From the NCBI GenBank assembly GCA_965222155.1, contig CBDCTH010000012.1, positions 2,432,001-2,496,000 on the forward strand: a stretch of 64,000 bases of DNA. The letters run 5' to 3'. Origin of the DNA: Gammaproteobacteria bacterium (GTDB taxonomy: Bacteria; Pseudomonadota; Gammaproteobacteria; Eutrophobiales; Eutrophobiaceae). Positions 58,736 through 64,000 of this stretch are shown in pieces. A program made the position numbers and the translations under genes. How positions within the stretch are numbered: position 1 is the stretch's first letter; every line of letters begins with the position of its first letter. The notes beneath the pieces are model-generated. The model was given only the letters and a program-made list of their open reading frames with translations. It did not search any database and had not been told where the DNA came from.

Positions 58736-60088
58736 TTATACAAGGTTGCCGTTTCTGCCATGTTGTTGTTCCAGCGTCGTGTCGACCGCCTGTTCGAACC
58801 TTGTAACGGTTTCTGCAACACAGTCTTCATCATGGGCTTCAGAGAGAAACCAGGGCTCCCGTGAATCCGGCTCAACCAGCACACCCACGTCATGCAGGTT
58901 CGGTGCCAGGTTATCGTAAAAGGTATAGTCGGAATGCACCCAAGCGCGGTAGTCGGCAGGCGCATCGGCGTTGAAAAACAATCCTGACATGGCGGGATGG
59001 CCGACAAAAGAACAGGGGATGCCGCGCCGGGACAATACCTCACCGACACCTTCCCGCAGCTTTTCGCCGTGCCTGGCGATGGATGCCAGTGCTTCCGTTT
59101 CATCCAGGATTTCCAGTGTCTTGTCGGCGGCAGCCAATGAGACCGAGTGGCCGCTGTAAGTGCCACCGTGGACCACCCTGTCGCCAATGATGCGCATGAT
59201 GTCCTCCCTGCCGGCCAGGGCGGAAATCGGGTAACCGTTGGCTATCGCTTTTGCATAGGTACACAGGTCGGCATTCACCCCCAGCAATTCCTGTACCCCT
59301 CCCCTGGCTACGCGAAAACCGGTTTTGACCTCGTCAATGATGAGTATCACATTGTAGTGGTTGCATAACTCGCGCACGTCCCTGAGATATTGACCCGTCG
59401 CGGTGATGGAGCAGCAATTCCCCATCATGGGCTCGATCAGGAAGGCGCCTATTTTATCGGCGCGGCATTGAAACAGACTCTCGATCCGGTTGGCGTCATT
59501 CATGGGAACACTGTGTATCAATTGGCGATACAGGCCCGGTACGCCTTCGCCGTAAGGCAGCAATTCCGGATCCTCTCCGTTTTCCTGCCAGTCTTCGACT
59601 TCGGAGTACCAGAGGACTTCGCTGAATACGCCGTGGTACCCCCCCTCCACCATCACGTACTCATCCTTGCCGGTATAGGCGCGGGCCAGCCTCAAGGCAG
59701 CCATCACCGCTTCCGTACCGGTTACGGAAAATCGTACCAGTTCGGCAGAGGGCACCATATTGGAAATCCGCTCAGCCACCCGATACTCAAGCTCCGTCGC
59801 AAGCGCAAACACCCCGCCGACATCCATACCGTTGCGGACGGCTTCGTCAACCCGCGCATCGGCATAACCGAGAATAGCGGGTCCGAAGCCCAGGCGATAA
59901 TCGATATACTCGTTGCCGTCAATATCCCACAGACGAGCGCCTTTCCCTTTCTGGATGTAAATCGTCCCGTCATCGCCCCAATAGCGAAAATTGGACGTCA
60001 CACCCAGGGGCAGGCGTTTCAATGCCTTTTTGAAATGAGCAGCAGAATTTTCACGGCTGCGCAACATAACTACCTCATCTTGTAACAA
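58736..60088 (-). CDS. Class III PLP aminotransferase (glutamate-1-semialdehyde aminomutase-like)
   Basis: PLGV.SNFR, WDIDGNEYID, GTEAVM.ALRLAR, DEVKTGFR, AKAIANGYP, HGGTY. Confidence 0.88.
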   Translation of the reverse strand: MLQDEVVMLRSRENSAAHFKKALKRLPLGVTSNFRYWGDDGTIYIQKGKGARLWDIDGNEYIDYRLGFGPAILGYADARVDEAVRNGMDVGGVFALATELEYRVAERISNMVPSAELVRFSVTGTEAVMAALRLARAYTGKDEYVMVEGGYHGVFSEVLWYSEVEDWQENGEDPELLPYGEGVPGLYRQLIHSVPMNDANRIESLFQCRADKIGAFLIEPMMGNCCSITATGQYLRDVRELCNHYNVILIIDEVKTGFRVARGGVQELLGVNADLCTYAKAIANGYPISALAGREDIMRIIGDRVVHGGTYSGHSVSLAAADKTLEILDETEALASIARHGEKLREGVGEVLSRRGIPCSFVGHPAMSGLFFNADAPADYRAWVHSDYTFYDNLAPNLHDVGVLVEPDSREPWFLSEAHDEDCVAETVTRFEQAVDTTLEQQHGRNGNLV

Positions 60089-60275
60089 GGCATCACATCA
60101 TGCCACAGCCATCCTGTCCTGTCCATAATATTGAATGAGTATTCATTCAACATACCCTCTCCCCACCATTCCTGCGGAAGTAGGAATCCATCCCTGCCAT
60201 CTCCCCCGTAAAGACAGAAACAGCGCCTTCTTCATATTTGTATTGCAATCCAGTAAACTGCCTCCGGATATGATT

Positions 60276-61355
60276 ATGCGATACCTGCGAACTTACATTC
60301 TGCTGATATTGATTTCGGCGATCACACTGTCAGGCTGCCAGTCCACCTTCGGCCCGCAGGCCCTTGCACGCACCCATCCCGCCTACAATGAAGCCATCAT
60401 CACCTCGATCAACGAGCAGATGTTGCAGAACCTGGTACGCATGCGTTACCGGGACGTAACCTTTTTCCTGGAAATAGCCAGTGTCACAGCCAGTTTATCC
60501 CTGGACGCCAACGCGGGGGTAAACACCGACGTGAATTTCGGCAGCGGCGATACACTGAGTCCCAGCGCCGGTATCGCCTATTCTGATAAACCGACAATTT
60601 CCTACACACCCTTGCAGGGTGAAGATCTGTTGAAAAGTATCCTCAGCCCGCTGCAACTGGAATCCATTCTCGTATTGACACAATCAGGCTGGAACATCAG
60701 CCGGGTATTCGGATTGTGTTTTGAGAGAATCAATAATCTTTACAACGCGCCCAACGCATCCGGACCGACACCGGGACTGGAGCCGGACCATGAGAAATTC
60801 GGCCACCTGATGGACGCGCTTCACACGTTACAAAAAAGCCAACTCATAGAAATAGGCACAAATAAAGAAGGGGGTATCGTTATCAAGCTGATCAGGGATA
60901 ATGATACCTACAAAAATCAAATTGATCAGGTCTATGCATTGCTGGAACTCGACCACAGCAGGGATGAATTCACCCTGAATACGGATTTTCTGAGTATGGA
61001 TAATACGCAATGGACCGTGCGTCCCCGCTCCATCTCCGGCCTGCTTTATTATTTGTCACACAATGTCGAAGCGCCGTCCAGTCACCACCACGAACTCGTG
61101 ACGGTCACCAGGACTAAAGATGGCGGAAGATTCGACTGGAATGAAACCCCCGCAGGCCGCCTGTTCAAGATACATACCAGCGAGGAACGACCGGGAAACG
61201 CCTACATAGCCACCCACTACCGGGGTCACTGGTTTTATATCGAAGACACCGACCTGGAATCCAAATCCACATTCATGCTGTTACGCCAATTGTTCGACTT
61301 GCAGGCCGGTCAGACTAACCCCCAGGTACCGACACTGACCCTGCCGGTCAGGTGA
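60276..61355 (+). CDS. Hypothetical lipoprotein
   Basis: Long ORF (track start 60135) with signal peptide and lipobox LSGC shortly after the ATGs near 60270-60279. Start approximate. Confidence 0.7.
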   Translation: MRYLRTYILLILISAITLSGCQSTFGPQALARTHPAYNEAIITSINEQMLQNLVRMRYRDVTFFLEIASVTASLSLDANAGVNTDVNFGSGDTLSPSAGIAYSDKPTISYTPLQGEDLLKSILSPLQLESILVLTQSGWNISRVFGLCFERINNLYNAPNASGPTPGLEPDHEKFGHLMDALHTLQKSQLIEIGTNKEGGIVIKLIRDNDTYKNQIDQVYALLELDHSRDEFTLNTDFLSMDNTQWTVRPRSISGLLYYLSHNVEAPSSHHHELVTVTRTKDGGRFDWNETPAGRLFKIHTSEERPGNAYIATHYRGHWFYIEDTDLESKSTFMLLRQLFDLQAGQTNPQVPTLTLPVR

Positions 61356-61434
61356 GCAGGAATCCAGCCCACCACCATTCCTGCGAAACAGGAATCCAAT
61401 GAGCTAAATCAATCGAGTCTGACCCCATTGATTT
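61356..61434. repeat. dRS3-like singlets plus AAATCAATCGAGTCTGACCCCATTGATTT REP-like element
   Basis: attcctgcgaaacaggaat, and aaatcaat/attgattt arms. Confidence 0.5.
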
Positions 61435-61491
61435 GTCGAAAGCAGTAACATACATGTTATCCATGATGAACTTTGCTAACGAGAAAACCTC

Positions 61492-62187
61492 ATGGTGAAG
61501 CAAGCAAACAATAAACGACCAAATCTCCGAGAACTACCGGCCTACTCCGTTGCTGAGGTAGCGCACTACCTGAATATCCCCAGGTCGACGGTCCGTTATT
61601 GGGCTACGGGCAAAGATTCTTCCCCTGCCCTGATAGAGGTGGTGGATACCAATCCTGTAGCATTTTCATTTCTCAATCTCGTCGAACTCCATGTGCTCGC
61701 GGCCATCCGCCGTGAGCACACGGTGCCTATGCATAAAGTGCGGAGCGCCATTGACTACCTTCAAGTGAACACGCGGAACGAATCTGATAAACTGCATCCG
61801 CTACTAAGTGAACAGCTTCAAACGGATGGACTTGACCTGTTCATTGAAGAATACGGAAGGTTGGTTAATATCAGCAGGGCAGGGCAGCTGACTATGCGAG
61901 TCATTATCGAGGCTGCTCTACGTCGTATCGAACGAGATCGACGCGGGATTCCTATAAAACTCTATCCTTTCACACGCAGCAATATTAATGATGCGCCGGC
62001 CATGGTAGTCATTGACCCGACTTTGTCTGCAGGACGACCGGTTATAACCGGAACGGGACTCGCCACCGAAGTGATTGCTGAAAGATACAAAGCTGGTGAG
62101 ACGGTCACTGAATTGGCAAAGGACTATGATCGCGAAGAAGCAGAGATCGAAGAAGCGATCCGATGCGAGATCAGAGCAGCAGCCTGA
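61492..62187 (+). CDS. DUF433-containing HTH protein (VapB45-like antitoxin)
   Basis: PAYS..E.AHYL, SF.NLVE, VIDP....GRPVI.GTG, R..AGE...LA.DY. Confidence 0.8.
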   Translation: MVKQANNKRPNLRELPAYSVAEVAHYLNIPRSTVRYWATGKDSSPALIEVVDTNPVAFSFLNLVELHVLAAIRREHTVPMHKVRSAIDYLQVNTRNESDKLHPLLSEQLQTDGLDLFIEEYGRLVNISRAGQLTMRVIIEAALRRIERDRRGIPIKLYPFTRSNINDAPAMVVIDPTLSAGRPVITGTGLATEVIAERYKAGETVTELAKDYDREEAEIEEAIRCEIRAAA

Positions 62188-62196
62188 CGAAATCGT

Positions 62197-62252
62197 GATG
62201 CGCAACCGCCTGTAACAACCACGGTTCATACATCGGAAAGGAGGTGGAACGA
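62197..62252 (-). pseudogene. Fragment of REP-associated tyrosine transposase (RAYT)
   Basis: RSTSFPMYEPWLLQAVA, with DNA similarity to 63776-63815. Confidence 0.55.
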
Positions 62253-62292
62253 TGATACAAATGATGCGAATGCTGGCTTGAACAGAAAACAG

Positions 62293-62619
62293 TTACGACT
62301 TCCCGTAGATATTCTCGATTTTGCAAATTCTTATCTGCCAGTCATCCAGCCAGGTGGAACGGGCTTTGTTCTTGGCAGCAATATGCTCGCTGTTTTGTCT
62401 CCAGGTATTTATGGACTCAAGAGAATCAAAATAGGCAACAGCAAGTTTGAATGGACTGCTTGAGGCAGATTCCAGACCCAGAAAACCCTCTATATCCTGG
62501 ACACGACCGTACAATTCAGCAAGCATTTTTTCGTGTCCCTCTTCATCGACGCCACTGCTGATTGACGGGAATACGACAGCATAGCTACCCACGAGTAGAT
62601 TTTTCAGGATTTGGGACAT
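62293..62619 (-). CDS. Antibiotic biosynthesis monooxygenase (ABM) family protein
   Basis: YAVVF.S, GFLG.ES, YF.SLESI..WR...EH..A...R..W. Confidence 0.75.
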   Translation of the reverse strand: MSQILKNLLVGSYAVVFPSISSGVDEEGHEKMLAELYGRVQDIEGFLGLESASSSPFKLAVAYFDSLESINTWRQNSEHIAAKNKARSTWLDDWQIRICKIENIYGKS

Positions 62620-62754
62620 AACCGCTTCAGGTTATTTATTAATTTTCTGTAACAGTTCGTCAACAGGTTTGGTCCAGTCTTTATCGACATATACCCGGGT
62701 TTCACCCAAGCCATCTGCATATCAGCATACTATCGGATCGCAATTCCAAAGCTG

Positions 62755-62809
62755 AATTAAGTATTGTGTCCCCAGAACTCGAACTCCCCCAACTCCCCCG
62801 AACTCCCCC
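62755..62809 (+). repeat. RAYT-associated end AATTAAGTATTGTGTCCCCAGAACTC with reiterated tail
   Basis: Identical to 63862-63887, followed by aactccccc x3. Confidence 0.7.
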
Positions 62810-62886
62810 GGCCGTACCAGGCCGGCCGAACGGCCAAATATCACCTGCCTCCGGGGCGAATTTTCAGGCGAATTCGCCGAACTCAA

Positions 62887-63300
62887 TTACACTGTCCAGG
62901 GATTGATGACGTCCAGGCCCGCAAACAGGAAATCATCGACGTTGCGGGTCACCAGCCGCAGTTCGTGATGCAAGGCTGTCGCCGCCAACAGGCTATCGAT
63001 GGCCGGCACCGGTCGGCCTGCCCGGGCAAGCAGTATCCCCCACCGGTCTGCAATGCCGCGGTCGACCGGCAACAGCCGATCGCCAAACCAGTCTGTTAAA
63101 TCCTGTTCCAGCCAGACCCGCAGCTGCTCCCGCCGCGGCGATGCCTTGAGGTTGTCCACGCCCTTGCGGATCTTGCCCAGCGACAGCACGCTCAGGTGTA
63201 ATGCGTCGTCAGGCGTCTTATCGAACCAGGCCACCACATCCGGGCTGGGTTTTCGCCGAACCAGCTCAGACACCACATTGGTGTCCAGGAGATAGCTCAT
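62887..63300 (-). CDS. vapC: VapC/FitB-like PIN toxin
   Basis: YLLDTNVVSE, IDSLLAATA, LVTRN..DF, NPW. The usual GEI Glu reads GKI here. Confidence 0.88.
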   Translation of the reverse strand: MSYLLDTNVVSELVRRKPSPDVVAWFDKTPDDALHLSVLSLGKIRKGVDNLKASPRREQLRVWLEQDLTDWFGDRLLPVDRGIADRWGILLARAGRPVPAIDSLLAATALHHELRLVTRNVDDFLFAGLDVINPWTV

Positions 63301-63551
63301 AGCCCCTGATCGCGTGTCAATGATTTATCCCGCCCAATATTCAGATCGAGGCCCTTGAGGGGTGACTGCTGCATCAGCGCGACAAATGACGGCTTCCCCC
63401 GGGTGAGCCGCTCATAATCGTCACAGGACAGGACCACAACAGCAGGCTTGCCGTGTACCGTAATCTGCTGCGGCCCATTCTGCTGAACGGTCTTCACCAG
63501 TTCACTCAGGCGGGCCTTGGCTTCCTGCAGTTGCCAGTATGTCGCTGTCAT
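63297..63551 (-). CDS. Phd/YefM antitoxin
   Basis: WQLQEAKARLSELV, GPQ.ITVHGKP.VVVLS. Confidence 0.9.
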   Translation of the reverse strand: MTATYWQLQEAKARLSELVKTVQQNGPQQITVHGKPAVVVLSCDDYERLTRGKPSFVALMQQSPLKGLDLNIGRDKSLTRDQGL

Positions 63552-63640
63552 AAATCGTAACCTATCTGAAAGTTCTGGTCAGTCTGGTCAGATTATAGTG
63601 ACAACAACGTTCTGCGTCAAGAATAATTCTAGTAATTCTA

Positions 63641-63904
63641 GGGACACAATACTCAATTATCTGAAGTGGCTCCCCTCTGCGGGTCCGTCCCGGTCAAATG
63701 GGCATGAACGCTACTCCAAGGATAATCCCAGGGCTGCGTAACCAGGCTCGCTGCAACCGGATTATATTCCACATACGCAAGCGCTTGTAACAACCACGGT
63801 TTATCCATCGGAAAGGAGGCAAACTGGCCTTACCAGCCTTGCCATATTGACAGTATCCCAGAATTAAGTATTGTGTCCCCAGAACTCCGTGTCCCCAGAA
63901 CTCC
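63641..63904 (-). mobile_element. Internally deleted RAYT element bounded by inverted GGGACACAATAC ends
   Basis: ATG 63845 reads MARL, then another frame gives W*GQFASFPMDKPWLLQALAYVEYNPV.ASLV..PWDYPWSS. Ends at 63641-63658 and 63862-63880. Confidence 0.75.
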
Positions 63905-64000
63905 AATCCCTCATCTCCCAAGGGTCTGCCCGTGCGCTCATGGGCAGCAAAGTCTTCTTCTCTCCCGGACCAAAGTTGATTATTACAAAAAAAGGGGCGG

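Noticed and set aside
58736-60088. hemL assignment
   Set aside because: Only family-level similarity, and the operon context is not tetrapyrrole synthesis.
62285-62630. Integron cassette (GTTATG start, TAAC end)
   Set aside because: No recognisable attC hairpin or integrase.
1-64000. Prophage, tRNA or rRNA genes
   Set aside because: No phage structural or integrase genes, and no recognisable structural RNA gene seen by eye. tRNAscan/Infernal would be needed to exclude small RNAs.

Overview
A 64-kb stretch of a bacterial chromosome. It is most likely from a marine gammaproteobacterium. Fn3/cadherin autotransporters, a TPR-sulfotransferase and many TA and RM genes suggest a sponge or invertebrate symbiont (inference). 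Layout: (1) 0.3-7.1 kb housekeeping genes (ferredoxin reductase, bioA, ggt, NodIJ-like ABC exporter). (2) 7.1-18.6 kb anti-phage island with an intact 1526-aa nuclease-STAND (AVAST-like) gene, AbiV and a VapC paired with a chimeric antitoxin, among nonsense-interrupted YhcG, type IIG R-M and DUF2971 genes. (3) 18.7-29.9 kb: S8 lipoprotein autotransporter, aromatic-catabolism-like genes, an IS4, an IS630 carrying a LexA-like passenger gene, and ParDE. (4) 30.2-38.0 kb: a GC-rich Fn3x10/cadherinx4 autotransporter of about 2030 aa, split by an IS1202-family element with a 16-bp target duplication and preceded by a G9 tract. (5) 38.6-60.1 kb: a co-oriented catabolic cluster for an unknown, probably N-alkylated, amine (class III aminotransferase, two CrtI/PYROXD2-like oxidoreductases, GcvT-like, GS-like, Rieske oxygenase, TetR, acyl-CoA dehydrogenase, PotFGHI, TPR-sulfotransferase), invaded by TA modules and MITEs. 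(6) 60-64 kb: a lipoprotein, a DUF433 protein, and RAYT remnants with cargo. At least six families of small palindromic or MITE-like repeats are present, often nested and with tandemly reiterated ends. No rRNA, tRNA or CRISPR array was seen. All assignments come from motif recognition by eye, with no database searches.
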